This document shows, piece after piece, positions 14,863 through 27,486 of a stretch of DNA of 64,000 nt. Numbering within the stretch: position 1 is the first letter of the stretch; each line of letters opens with the position of its first letter. The notes under the pieces are model-generated. The model saw only the letters and a program-made list of their open reading frames with translations. It was not told the DNA's origin and ran no database searches. Where the stretch lies: assembly GCA_964016885.1 (NCBI GenBank), contig OZ024743.1, positions 30,628,001-30,692,000 of the forward strand. Reading direction: 5' to 3'. The DNA comes from Eledone cirrhosa (Eukaryota). The position numbers and the translations under genes are program-made.

Positions 14863-14947
<85 letters not shown>
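14770..14947. repeat. (TATC)n/(CT)n/(TA)n compound microsatellite
   Basis: Directly visible. Confidence 0.95.
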
Positions 14948-14949
<2 letters not shown>

Positions 14950-15231
14950 AATTTCACAAGGAAGACATTATTAAAAGATTGTCAACATATTTTAGTTTGA
15001 TGTAAGGAATGTAGAGAATAATAATAATAACAATATTAATAATAATAATGAATATTTCCAGCCCTGCGCACCTAACCTCTGCATGAACCCAGCCACCTAG
15101 CTGCTTTCTACTGCATATTTCACATTGAGCACATGCCTTTGTTCTTTGGCTTCTAACTAACTCATCCATCCTTTCCTCTAATATCTTCTCTACTATCTCC
15201 ATCTCTCCCTCTAAGATTGGTTACTCTTGAA

Positions 15232-15273
<42 letters not shown>

Positions 15274-16119
15274 ATATGTATGTGCATGTGAGTGTGTGAT
15301 TATGTGTGTGTGTGTCGTATTCAGTAGAAGTTTTGTCATAATTTGTGTACATCAAGAAAACGAAATTTCTTGATATAATGATATCATCTATAGAATCGAA
15401 CAACTAATTCCAATTATCTCTTTGTCTGACTATCTAATTCGCAATGCTCCCTATTTATCAACACTTCTACTCGACCACCCATCTTTTCTTTCTATCATTT
15501 TTTCCTTGCTCTATATTCTCTCCTTTATTCGCAGTATTACGCGTTCTCTGAGTAGGTTTCTGCGTACATGTATGCGTGTGCTTTTGTATGTGAGTGTACT
15601 TATGTGTTGCTAATTGTCATGACATTTAGATTACAGCAGTTAATATGAATTTAGGCTGCTAATGACCTGTGGCGTGAAGAAGAAAATGAAGTATATCGAG
15701 ATAAGGAATTACTGAAAATATTCCGCTAAATTGCGTTACTATTGAAGTATACAAATGATTGTGAGATATCATCAAATTTTTATCATTGTCGTTATCTTGA
15801 AGCAGAAATGTACAGATTAAACTTCTCCTTCTCATTAGATGACCTTTGTTTAGTAACAATTTCATAAATCAAACCGTTAGGCAACATATATAACGAACCG
15901 TTGTAATATCCATATCCATTCAGCTGTTGAATTCACATACAGGCAAACGTGTCACTAGATAATATTCATAGACACAAACACATATGCATAGATACACAAC
16001 ACCTCATATGTACGTACGCAAACACACACACGCATATATATATATATAAATATATATATATGAACGGAAAAAATGAAACGAAATTTCATTTCCCACTCTT
16101 AGTACGGCAGGAAGGTATA

Positions 16120-16160
16120 CGTTGCTGACGATAACGAATAAGCTTGAAACTAGTACAGCG
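16120..16160 (+). ncRNA. Type I hammerhead ribozyme in pLTR fragment 16060-16380
   Basis: cgttg CTGACGA taacgaataagctt GAAA ctag TA cagcg; same family as 4901-4942; weak helix II. Confidence 0.7.
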
Positions 16161-16372
16161 TTCCTTTGTCAGTATTGAACAAATGAGCAACGATGGTTTC
16201 TGGACACTACGCCTTAATATGGGATGTTTGTTTACAAACACACCGAGCATTATAATAAATGTTCGGTGAATCCATACGTACATATATATATGTGTGCATG
16301 TATGTATATATATATATATACATACATACTAATGTACGTCTGTATACATATATGTATGTGCGTGTACATACT

Positions 16373-16404
<32 letters not shown>

Positions 16405-16419
16405 TATATATATAAATAT

Positions 16420-17362
16420 ATATGGCGAAGAAGTTTATGAAATGGAAATGCGGGTATAAAGAATGTATTAGGTAACAATTGTTTCTATAGTGTATGGGTT
16501 ACCTATACCTCGCTATTTTAATATAAAAATATCATCATAAACCGAAGGTACACTGTAAGGAAACACACCATGTTGTCAGACCTTTGTATTGGAATGATAT
16601 GAACATATTTTATACACTAGATAAAAGAGAAAGAAGGAGGTAGGAAGAGAAGGGGAAGAGGGAAGTGAGTAAGGTGGAGGGAGTCCTAGGATTTAAGACT
16701 GTCAGACTAGTAGAGATTGTAAGGAGAGAATGTTTTGGCAGCAGTTAGCTTAATGAGGCTTGTTAGGGTTGGCGGGGGAAGTAAATTCTTCTAGTGGTGT
16801 TGTTCGGACAAAATTTAGTTAACGCGGTGAAAGTGGTACAGAGTTACAGACAAGTTATTGGGGCTATTATAGTAGCAGGTTATTTCTAAAGGGGTCCAGA
16901 AAACAGTGTTTAGTACTATTATTATAGAAAGCCATATCTTGTGTATAAACATATAAAACAGAAATTTGCAAACGGTGGTGTAAAAAGGTAACATTATATG
17001 CATTTAAAAAAAGAAAAAGTCGTTTTCAAACGATGGTTACAGTATAGAGAACGTTCAATTTTGCTGTTCAAAAGTTTGTTTACCGACGTTAAAATGCATA
17101 ATTTGCAGAATCGATGAGTTTGCCTTATGCAGGCGCAGCTGCAATAATTTGCCAATCAAGGGAGAATGCTTGATTGTTCCTCCGGAGCTGCCAGGCTTTA
17201 TCGGCGAGGGTTGTTACGGAGCGCATTTTCTCGTGCCTGATCGAAGATCGATGTTGGTATAGGCGAGCTTTGAAAGAAGTTGCGGTACATCCGACGTAAT
17301 ACCATTTGTTGGTTCCGGAATTTATTGTACATCGGTAGACAATATTGCGTGCTAGGTACTGG

Positions 17363-17365
<3 letters not shown>
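16420..17365 (-). mobile_element. 5'-truncated Naiad-type PLE (GIY-YIG C-terminus + pLTR)
   Basis: NIVYRCTINSGTNKWYYVGCTATSFKARLYQH..TTLADKAW, similar to 7620-7800; degenerate HHR at about 16468-16545 (GAAACAATTGTT). Confidence 0.85.
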
Positions 17366-17402
<37 letters not shown>

Positions 17403-17410
17403 ATATATAT

Positions 17411-18240
17411 CTTTCCGGAAACACATAGGCAAATGCGGAAACAAAGACGGAAGGCCCATGGTCACAATTCTAGCGACAGAAAGAAACGTCGGCACGTTAC
17501 GTATCAAGGAAGCACTTTGGATCAAAAGCTTAGGGCCACAATTAAACAACCGATCCGAGAGAACCGAAATGAGGTGGTTGGTTTAAGTTAACAAACGAGG
17601 CAGCAACACACGCACACACACAAGCGAGACACCAACACACGCACACACACACACAGTAGCATTCCACCATACGAACATACTACACTGCCAATACAGAGGA
17701 ACAAGGCAACAACACACGCACACACACAACACAGTAACATTCAACAAACATGCAGAGAATGGACTGACAGCTAGCACCATCCCACTCCCACAATTGAAAG
17801 AACTACTTCGGCCGCTGACCTCTGCCTGACCGACCCCATTTAACGCGCACGCGCACTCTGATGAATACCTCAGATATTCAAATCAACAAACAGCGGAGGA
17901 CACGTTTCGCACCTTTCCGACAGACAACCTTTCCCCCACCCCTGAAAAAACCCCCAGTTGATGGATGTGAATCCGAAATATATAGGGACAATTGAATCTC
18001 TCCTTAGGTAACTCTTTCTCGTGTTGTTATTTTTAATTTTATCCTTTACCCTCTTTCCTTCATTCCTCTACACGTCTTATACACGCCACGCCTCTCAACG
18101 TACACCTACTTACATCTATCTCTACACCACCCCGGATCTTGTTACCCGGAGTTTTACCCATTTGCATTGTCGAGGCTTCCAAACGCCTTACAGAAATTTA
18201 CCTTATTATTCCACAATGATTCAAGCAAACTTCAATACTC
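17411..18240 (+). mobile_element. 5'-truncated PLE (GIY-YIG C-terminus 17413-17586 + pLTR)
   Basis: FRKHIGKC..VTILATERNVGTLRIKEALWIKSLGPQLNNRSE; degenerate HHR 17951-17987 (CAGTTGA..GAAAtataTAggg). Confidence 0.8.
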
Positions 18241-18341
18241 TCTTATATATATATATATATATATATTTCATCGTATTTTTGACTAAAGAAAATTTAGTCT
18301 GAAAATGCGGTTTAGTCAGATAAATGGAAAAAGATGAGTAT

Positions 18342-18415
18342 TGAGGTACATGGGAGTCGAACCCACATCTTTGGTTATCCAGACCACTGTGCTACGATTA
18401 CACCAACACATCACC
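18342..18415 (-). other. tRNA-derived sequence (SINE head or tRNA pseudogene)
   Basis: Minus strand: A box TGGTGTAATCGTAGCA, stem tggt/acca, T arm gtggGTTCGACTcccat; acceptor stem imperfect. Confidence 0.65.
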
Positions 18416-18648
18416 TATCTCCTTCCACTCAAATTAGAAGCTACATTCTTAGCGAGTATAAATGAGAAACATATATGATTTGAAACAGTGAGCAGGTTTG
18501 AAATTAGATTCCATTTATGTGAGGGTTCTAAACCCCATTTTCAGACTAAAATCTCTTTAGTAAAAAATACGGTGAAAGCTAATTTATTTTCTAATTTCAA
18601 ACCTGGTCACTGTTTCAAAACATACTAACTTGTCATATATATATATAA

Positions 18649-18710
<62 letters not shown>

Positions 18711-18777
18711 AAGGTTTAGTAAATTATGATAAAGTCTCAAAATAAATTTTAAAAAATTTACTTTACCTACTATAGTT

Positions 18778-18861
18778 ACCTTTACCGATCGGTTTCGAAT
18801 CCCAAAAATAAAACGGAGACCATACGGCCTTCGTTGCAAAGAGAGATTCTCGTCAGAAGGT
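18778..18861 (-). ncRNA. Type I hammerhead ribozyme (copy 1)
   Basis: acctt CTGACGA gaatct...ggattc GAAA ccgatcgg TA aaggt. Confidence 0.9.
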
Positions 18862-19260
18862 TCTTTTCATTCAAAGAATATAAAATTCCTGAATTAAAAT
18901 CACAAACTAGCGCTATCAAAAACTGTTCCTGGGATGAGAGTGGATGATGTAGAACAGGTTTATCAAGGGCCGTAGCAAAGATAGAGGCAAAAGGAGGTAG
19001 GTCAAACTAGCCACCGCTGTTGCCAGCAGCAGTCGGAATGATCCGGTTTGTTCTCAACGTTAGTGGAGGTAGTAGTAATATGAAATACGTCCCTTCACGC
19101 ACAAGGCGCCAAGGTACGCATGTATTGTCCAACCAAGTGCCAATGTGGTTCAATGGCGGGTTAATAAATTAACGAGCCAGAACAAATATAAACAAGGTTT
19201 AGTAAATAATGAAAAAGTTTCAAAATAAATTTTAAAAAATTGACTTTACCTACTATAGTT

Positions 19261-19344
19261 ACCTTTACCGATCGGTTTCGAATCCCAAAAATAAAACGGA
19301 GACCATACGGCCTTCGTTGCAAAGAGAGATTCTCGTCAGAAGGT
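19261..19344 (-). ncRNA. Type I hammerhead ribozyme (copy 2)
   Basis: Same core and helices as copy 1. Confidence 0.9.
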
Positions 19345-19729
19345 TCTTTTCATTCAAAGAATATAAAATCTTTGAATTAAAATCACAAACTAGCGCTATC
19401 AAAAACTGTTCCTGGGATGAGTGTGGATGATGTAGAACAGGTTTATCAAGGGCCGTAGCAAAGATAGAGGCAAAAGGAAGTAGGTCAAACTAGCCACCGC
19501 TGTTGCCAGCAGCAGTCGGAATGACCCGGTTTGTTCTCAACGTTAGTGGAGGTAGTAGTAATATGAAATACGTCCCTTCACGCACAAGGACTAAACCTTG
19601 TTTATATTTGTTCTGGCTCGTTAATTTATTAACCCGCATTGAACCACATTGGAACTTGGTTGGACAATACATGCGTACCTTGGTGCCTTGTGCGTGAAGG
19701 GACGTATTTCATATATATATAGAGAGAAA

Positions 19730-20055
19730 AAGAGATGAAATCGAAAATGCAACTGGAGTCTTATTTTTTTTTTTTTTTTTAAATATATATATTTATTTGG
19801 TTCCTTTACCGGTTTCGCAGTTCTTCTGCTTTTCAAAAGGTGAGTTGAGATGGAGGGTCTGTGGTTTTTCTCACATCCCACAGACCCTCCATCTCAACTC
19901 ACCTTTTGAAAAGCAGAACTGCGAAACCGGTAAAAAAAAAAAAAAAAAAAATACGACTCCAGTTGCATTTTCGATTTCATCCCTTTTTCTTTATACATTC
20001 ACTCGTGTAGGACACCTCGGTTATATTTCATTTTGTAAAAAAAACCTCACTTTCT
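19730..20055. repeat. Fold-back palindrome of a pLTR tail (related to 4385-4560 and 21545-21660)
   Basis: Arms about 19733-19863 and 19878-19982; HHR 3' half GAAACCGGTA only. Confidence 0.8.
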
Positions 20056-20077
20056 AATATATATATATATATATATA

Positions 20078-21475
20078 CACATTAATATATATGATAAACA
20101 CAAAACGTGTTTGCATTGTAACAGACAAAGTTAGCTATCTATGAAATAAACTAATTAAAGTGAATACAATTTGCCTGTCTCAATATAAGTCAATGAGGAC
20201 AAGCTTATATTGGCAAAGGCCGTGATTCCTGGACAAATTTAAATTTCAAAATATAAACCCGCTCCGTTGATGAATTTGAACTTCGAAACCCAAATATGTT
20301 TCGCAACGATGGTACATGAATTGAAAAATAAAGAGAATCGAAATGGAATTGAAATAAAAAGTGAAATATCCAAATCTTCTGTGCTTATCGACAGGAATCC
20401 AGTAAAATTAGTACATTTCACCATCAACAATTTTGCAGGTCTGACTACACATGTAGCCAGACCAAACTAGCCGTCCCGCATTCCCGGTGCTAGAAATAAC
20501 AGCCGTTTATGCGGGATTAAAGATCATCTCTACAGTTAAGGAGCAATATACTATATTATATTTTGACATTAAACTCTCAGTCGTTTACAATTAATAAGCT
20601 CCAAGAAAGGGTCATTTCCGAGCAGTTAAATACATTAATATATATGATAAACACAAAACGTGTTTGCATTGTAACAGACAAAGTTAGCTACAATGAAATA
20701 AACTAATTAAAGTGAATACAATTTGTCTGTCTCGATATAAGTCAATAAAGACAAGCTTTTATTGGCAAAGGCCGTGATTCCTGGACAAATTTAAATTTCA
20801 AAATCCAAACCCGCTCCGTAGATGAATTTGAACTGCATATTTAACTGCTCGGAAATGCCCCTTTCTTGGAGCTTATTAATTGTAAACGACTGAGAGTTTA
20901 ATGTCAAAATATAATATAGTATATTACTCCTTAACTGTAGAGCTGATCTTTAATACCGCATAAACGGCTGTTATTTCTAGCACCGGGAATGCGGGACGGC
21001 TAGTTTGGCCTGGCTACACACACGTATAGTCAGACCTGCAACATTTTTTATGGTGAAATGTACTAATTTTACTGGATTCCTGTCGATAAGCACAGAAGAT
21101 TTGGATATTTCACTTTTTATTTCAATTCCATTTCGATTCTCTTTATTTTTCAATTCATGTACCATCGTTGCGAAACATATTTGGGTTTCGAAGTTCAAAT
21201 TCATCTACGGAGCGGGTTTGGATTTTGAAATTTAAATATGTCCAGGAATCACGGCCTTTGCCAATATAAGCTTGTCTTTATTGACTTATATCGAGACAGA
21301 CAAATTGTATTCACTTTAATTAGTTTATTTCAGTGATAGCTAACTTTGTCTGTTACAATGCAAACACGTTTTGTGTTTATCATATATATTAATGTATTTA
21401 ACTGCTCGGAAATGCCCCTTTCTTGGAGCTTATTAATTGTAAACGACTGAGAGTTTAATCTCAAAATATATTATA

Positions 21476-21478
<3 letters not shown>
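20078..21478. repeat. ~555-bp monomer present as ~1.4 direct then ~1.15 inverted copies
   Basis: 20078-20631 repeats at 20632-20833; 20835-21478 is the reverse complement running through the unit junction; (TA)n on both sides. Confidence 0.9.
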
Positions 21479-21514
<36 letters not shown>

Positions 21515-22112
21515 ACCCATGAGGAATATATTAAAATTATTGGGAATAGAATTTGAAAATGCAATTGGAGTCTTTAAGAAGATTTATTTTCAATTATCTA
21601 CAGTTAACCGGTTTCACAAGTTTCCTGTTTTCAAAGGTTAGGAGGGGTTTAGAGATGTGTGGCTATGCCGACATTAAAATTGCATCTAACATGCTTCGGG
21701 AACTCCTTTCACTTTTATGAAAATGTGGATCAGCTTTCTGTATGTTTCCAGTACATTTGTTTGAAATTTCAAAAGTATAGGAATTTTGTTTATGCATGTA
21801 TTTGTTTGTGGGTGTGAAGGTATTTGTTTTTGTTTTTGTTTTGTTTTCTGCTTCACCCGAATGCAAATATCAATAACAGCAATAACAAAAAATAGCAAAA
21901 ATGATGATTGTTATTACCATTAACATCACTATCATAATGACAATAATAATAATAATAATGGTCTAATCGGCAAAATGAAGAAGAATTATACACGACTCTC
22001 TTTTCTCTATCTCTCTGTTGATGTGTGTATGTGAGAGAGTGTGTGGATGTGTGTGTGTAGCAATACAGATTTATTTTCTTCTCTGTTTGTGTACAGAGTG
22101 CCATGTGATAAC

Positions 22113-22522
22113 ATAATAATTGTTTCTACTTTTAGCACAAGGCCAGCACACAAGGCCAGCATGCAAAGCCAGCAAATACCCAGTGAATTACTGGTACTTT
22201 ATTTTATCGATCCCGTAAGATTGAACGGCAAAGTTAACCTCAGCGGGATTTGTATTCAGAATGGCATGGGCCGTAACTCTATGGGACAAACATGGTGATA
22301 ACATAATAATAATGCGAACGTCAATAGCAATAATAATTGTTTCTACTTTTGCCACAAGGCCAGCAATTATCCAGTACATTACTGGTACTTTATTTTATCG
22401 ACGCCGTAAGGATGAAATGCAAAGTTAACCTCGACGGTATTTGAACTCAGACCGTACAGTAACGTAACTATGCTGGAAAGCATGGCCTCCGACCCTCTAC
22501 CGATACTGCCAATTTACTGCAA
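22113..22522 (-). mobile_element. Two tandem tRNA-derived Nin-domain SINE copies
   Basis: Minus strand: A box TGGCAGTATCGGTAGAG, B box GAGTTCAAAT, Nin-like tttcatccttacggcgtcgataaaataaagtaccag, tail ccttgtg..gtagaaacaattat. Confidence 0.8.
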
Positions 22523-23289
22523 TAATAATAGTGTTAACAATAACATTAGCAAGGTGAAAAATGTTACGTGTCCGTGAGTGGGTGCGGAGCTGAATTCAGA
22601 GTCTATTCAGACAATTTTGTATTTTTGAATGAATATATTTTCTTTTATATGTAAGTGTGTTACCTGTGGAATTAAATGGACAACGCTATAGGGGAGAAAC
22701 CTGGAATTTGGAGGTCTTGTTCGTTGTATATATATATCTAAATGCTCATTAAGTGGTATCTGTCTTGTAACGAGGTCTATCAACTATTGGCAGTGAAATC
22801 TGCTGGTCAACAACATTTTTGGTGCATTGATACTGACACTTGATGTTATCTAATTTGAGTGAGCTGAATTAAATTATGAAGTTAGTTTTCCTCTGATAGC
22901 TCCAATTTTTTTGCAATAAAGCTTTTTTTATACTTTCCAAAAGTTGAATCTTTCTCGTGTTATGATGCAATCCAGCTGTATATTTTATGGTTATATCATC
23001 TTCATAAAATTTGGTAATCACATACCTTTGCACTGAGGTTCTAGATTTATTCATAAATACGAGTTAGTCCATCTCACTAAGAATTGGGCTCTAAAAATAA
23101 TATCTATATTCCCATAAATCATACCATTTGCCAATACAGAAATGTAACTCCGTAATAATAAGTGTGTCTACTATTTTCTCAGGGGAAAACATCGATTATA
23201 TGCCAATAATCCTTAGCTAGGTCAGAAACGGAATAGTATTGAAAGCAAAACAAAAATGGATCTTATTCAGGTTTAGAATTTGCGCTTGT

Positions 23290-23642
23290 AGCTCTTACCT
23301 TTCTGGATTTTAACCTGGGCAATATCGCTTAATGCTCCAGCAGTAATTAGCTATCATATTTTTGTCCCATCTAAATGGTTACCACCCTTCCATGGTCGTG
23401 ATGTCTTGATAGAAGCGCTCTCCATGCTCATAACTAACAGCCCCGAGATTCTCAGGAAATTGACCAAGGTGACTATGCAGCAAATGGAGTTTAACACTCA
23501 TTTTACTCCCAAGATCATGAAAAGCTGACAGGCTAGTTACCAGAATTTCATAGTCATCTACATTTATGTTACCAAATAAATTTTGTATAACTGCCATGAA
23601 TGACAGCCCTGCTGCTTCTTTCCTTGTCATATTGCAAACCAT
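23290..23642 (-). mobile_element. DNA transposase relic, Chapaev3-like
   Basis: LGSKMSVKLHLLHSHLGQFPENLGAVSYEHGERFYQDITTME followed by W...MIANYCWS; family assigned from motif recognition only. Confidence 0.65.
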
Positions 23643-25703
23643 ATTGTTTTAAATTAGTATTTTTTCAACCTAGCTAATTTGGTCATTTGCAATTGGAACA
23701 CATACATACTTATATCGGTGTTCATCCCTCTCTCATATATTCAATTATATATATATATATATATATATATGCCATTAAATGTAAAGGGAGAAACTAAAGC
23801 TATATAAGGCAAACGATTCTTAGCCTCAGAAACAGAATGATAATACTAGGAAAATATTTTGTTCATTGTTTTTGGTGAATGAGATTATTTTGCTGTTTCT
23901 ACCTTAATTTTTTGGTGAGAAACTTTCCTAATGTGATTTGGTACCCATTAGGTGATATATTCCATTACTTAGTTTTTAGTTTAGGCCCTTTTGTTTGCCA
24001 GCATTATTATTATTATCATCATTGTTATAATTGGTTTTTGATGACTCTTCATTCTAGATCTCATAATCTTTTGGCTACTGTACCACATCTATCTTCTTAC
24101 GCATTAAATTTTCACTGTTACACCTTATGAATGTATATAAGATTATATATTTTACGGTATTTATTTTATTTTACTCTTATTCTTATTCTTATTTTTATTT
24201 GTATTTTTATTTTTATCTTTATTCGGATTCTTCTTTGGACCCCCCCCCCCTTTCTCCCCCCCCCCCCCCCATGCGCACATAAACTTATTGTCAACCCCTC
24301 CAATTTGACTATGATTATATTATATTTAACCCCCCCCCTCTTTGACACTCCTTTCTATTATGTAATATAGTATATCGACTATATTTTATGCCCCTTTGCA
24401 TCCTCCATACATTTCTTCTTTTCTGTCCCTATTAGCCTACCTTAATTCTGCTTAAGTCAGTTATTTAGATATCGTTATGTATATGATAATAATAAATTTT
24501 CATTCCTTCTTGTAAACATTTGTAACGAAATATTAACGTTTATAAACTTTAATGACTTAAACTATAGCTAATATTATACTGCCTTATTGGATAGTTTAAA
24601 TATTTTTAATATTAATTTATCAAATAGGGTTTTCGAGTCATTTACAGGGGTTGTTTTCCTTAGCTTTTACTTAACTACTTAACTGCATGGGAGACCTATA
24701 TGTATACGTTTGTTTTTGTTTTTTTAAATTTCCGGTTGATTCTATCTATTTATTTATTATATTCTATATTATTTTCACTGTCTGGCACTCACTCACTCAT
24801 CCATGGTCTGTCTACCAACATTGTAATTATAAGTAATTATATATTATATTGTATTAATTTATTTTATATAATATATTATATTGTATTTTTTATTGTAATA
24901 TTGATCCTTATTACTTACCGTTAATTATATGTAACATTATGATATGTTAAACTTTATATATCATGTAAGATGTTTCTACTTCTAGGTATTGTACAATTTA
25001 TTTTTCCTCACCTACTCTGTAACCCAATATGAACCGATTTGTTAACTCGAGTACATTGATAAATGTCAGTATATTGTATATTGTAAATGTTATTATTATT
25101 ATATTATTATTGTGACATCTATATTGTTTTTGTAAATTAACCGGAGATTATCTATTCTATTATATTGTATTAAATAGTATATAATTGTATTAATTATTAT
25201 TATATGTGTTACTTATAATTATATCATATTATTACCTCATGTATATTGGGTAGATGTATTAGTATTATTATTATTATTATTTTCATTCCTACCATGCTTA
25301 TTTTTATTTTTATATTCAAATTCTTAATAAGGTTTAATTTGTGCAGTGGAAGATGGATGTGCGTATTGTTGTATGTGTGTGTACGTGTGCGCACATATAT
25401 ATATATGCATATTGTATATTTTGATTTTTATTGTAATTTTTGATTCTAATGTTGGTAAAGGTATATTATTGTATGTTATATTGTATTATATAAAATTCCT
25501 GCTCTATATAACCGCCCTTGTTTAGCTCTAGTTTTTGCTTTGGACTATATTTGTAATATGGTTCTTAATGTTATATACATCCTTAGTAATTATTATCATA
25601 TATTTTTATTATATATTTTTGTAATACTTCAGTTTATGTACACTCCATATTCTTCGGAGATTCCGGCTTGTATCTGCCGATATTACTTCTTGTTGTTTTA
25701 ATT

Positions 25704-25741
25704 GCCCTGATGAGTCCTTAATAGGACGAAACATTGTCGGC
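25704..25741 (+). ncRNA. Minimal type I hammerhead ribozyme
   Basis: gcc CTGATGA gtcct taat aggac GAAA cattg TC ggc, then AATAAA; ends a ~1.9 kb AT-rich pLTR-like region. Confidence 0.92.
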
Positions 25742-25888
25742 TAATAAAGACTTTTGATGTATTGAAGGCTTCTTTGTTTTACTCTCTTAATTTTTCGGCT
25801 CTGTTTAACTACATTGAGCTATACCTTTTACTGTCATTTCTATAATACGAAGAGGGTGTTTAACTCCAACACACTCCAGTATTTTAAC

Positions 25889-25980
<92 letters not shown>

Positions 25981-26029
25981 TAAACTAAAATTTGATCGTT
26001 ATAACACTTTGTATATATATATATATACA

Positions 26030-27325
26030 CAGTGTTATAACGATCAAATATTAGTTTAGAACATTTATTTGCTGACAATTGTTTCTTCCAGAGGGGAGGC
26101 TGGGATTATCGGAGCATAAGAAATGTCGAAACATGTTAGTAAAATCCTAGTCATTTAGAACATTCAGGGTACATAATTGTTGTTAGTGTCATAGGCATCA
26201 TGTGGAGAGTCAGGAGTTAAAAAGATGTTCTACTTGAAAGAACACAATTACAGGCAGCGCTGGTTGGAAGTGTAATAGGTATAAGTTAGAATCACAAGCA
26301 AAAAAATCACAAGCAAAAGAAAAGAAAAAAGAAATACAGGCAAAAAGGTTATGAGCAAGGAAAGTTGGTGTACAATGCAGGAGTCAATACAACCAATAAA
26401 GCATGTATGATGGAAGAGTTATAATGCAGTTGAAATAAACATATTTTGTGTGGGGTGTTGAAGCATGTTATAATTGTTATAAATGTTTAAGATAGTGTGC
26501 AATTTGGTAGAGAGGCATGTGGTGATAATGTAGCTATTTGTTATGTAAGGTGTAAAGCAAAGCACCTGATAGAGTTGGGTATGTGATTTTCATTTAAGTG
26601 TTTTTGTGTTGTAGTTCGTATGTATGTGTATATGTTGTTTGTTATTGACAGCTATTAACCATGGGATTATTTTGAGTCGTTTATAGTCAATAGGTGTTTG
26701 TTTGTTAAATGTAAATTCCTCCTAATTACTGGCCATGTTGTTATTGTAGGTATATTTTATGCATTTTTTATCTACAAATTATCTTTTCTGGGGTTTGTAT
26801 TACAAACCTAGAAAAGAAAATTACACCTTACATACATAACAAATACCTACATTATCACCACATGCCTCTCTACCAAATTGCACACAATCTTAAACATTTA
26901 TAACAATTATAACATGCTTTAACACCCCACACAAAATATGTTTATTTCAACTGCATTATAACTCTTCCCTCATACATGCCTTATTGACTGTATTGACTCC
27001 TGCATTGTACACCAACTTTCCTTGCATATAACTTGTTTGCCTGTGTTTTTTGCTTGTGCTTTTTACTTATACCTATTATACTTCCAACCAGTGCTGCCTG
27101 TAATTGTGTTCTTTCAAGCAGAACATCTTTTTAACTCCTGACTCTCCACATGATGCCTATGACACTAACAACAATTATGTACTCTAAATGTTCTAAATGA
27201 CTAGGATTTTATTAACATGTTTCGACATTCCTTATGCTTCGATGCGTACAGACTTCCCCCTGGAAGAAACAATTGTCAGCAAATAAATGTTCTAAACTTA
27301 AATTTGATCGTGTTAACACTTTGTA
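26030..27325. repeat. Long inverted repeat (~500-bp arms, ~265-bp spacer) with a degenerate HHR in each arm
   Basis: 26030-26555 vs 26820-27325; HHR minus 26070-26116 (CCGATAA..GAAAcaattgTC) and plus 27235-27281. Confidence 0.9.
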
Positions 27326-27454
27326 TCTCGGCTCTTTAAAACACTTGAAATGTGCATTGAGCCTTATGTCATACCGGTAACGGGCTAGTACTTAGTACTA
27401 TTCTACATATTTATAGTTATATCAAACATATATAAATATACATATTCTTATTAG

Positions 27455-27486
<32 letters not shown>

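Larger units (their letters stand above)
18706..19711 (-). repeat. Tandem 483-bp HHR-bearing units plus a terminal inverted segment (pLTR/retrozyme-like)
   Basis: Units at about 18706-19188 and 19189-19590 are nearly identical; 19591-19711 is an inverted copy of about 19080-19203; no credible ORF. Confidence 0.92.

Noticed and set aside
18342-18415. Functional tRNA gene
   Set aside because: Acceptor stem and anticodon arm imperfect
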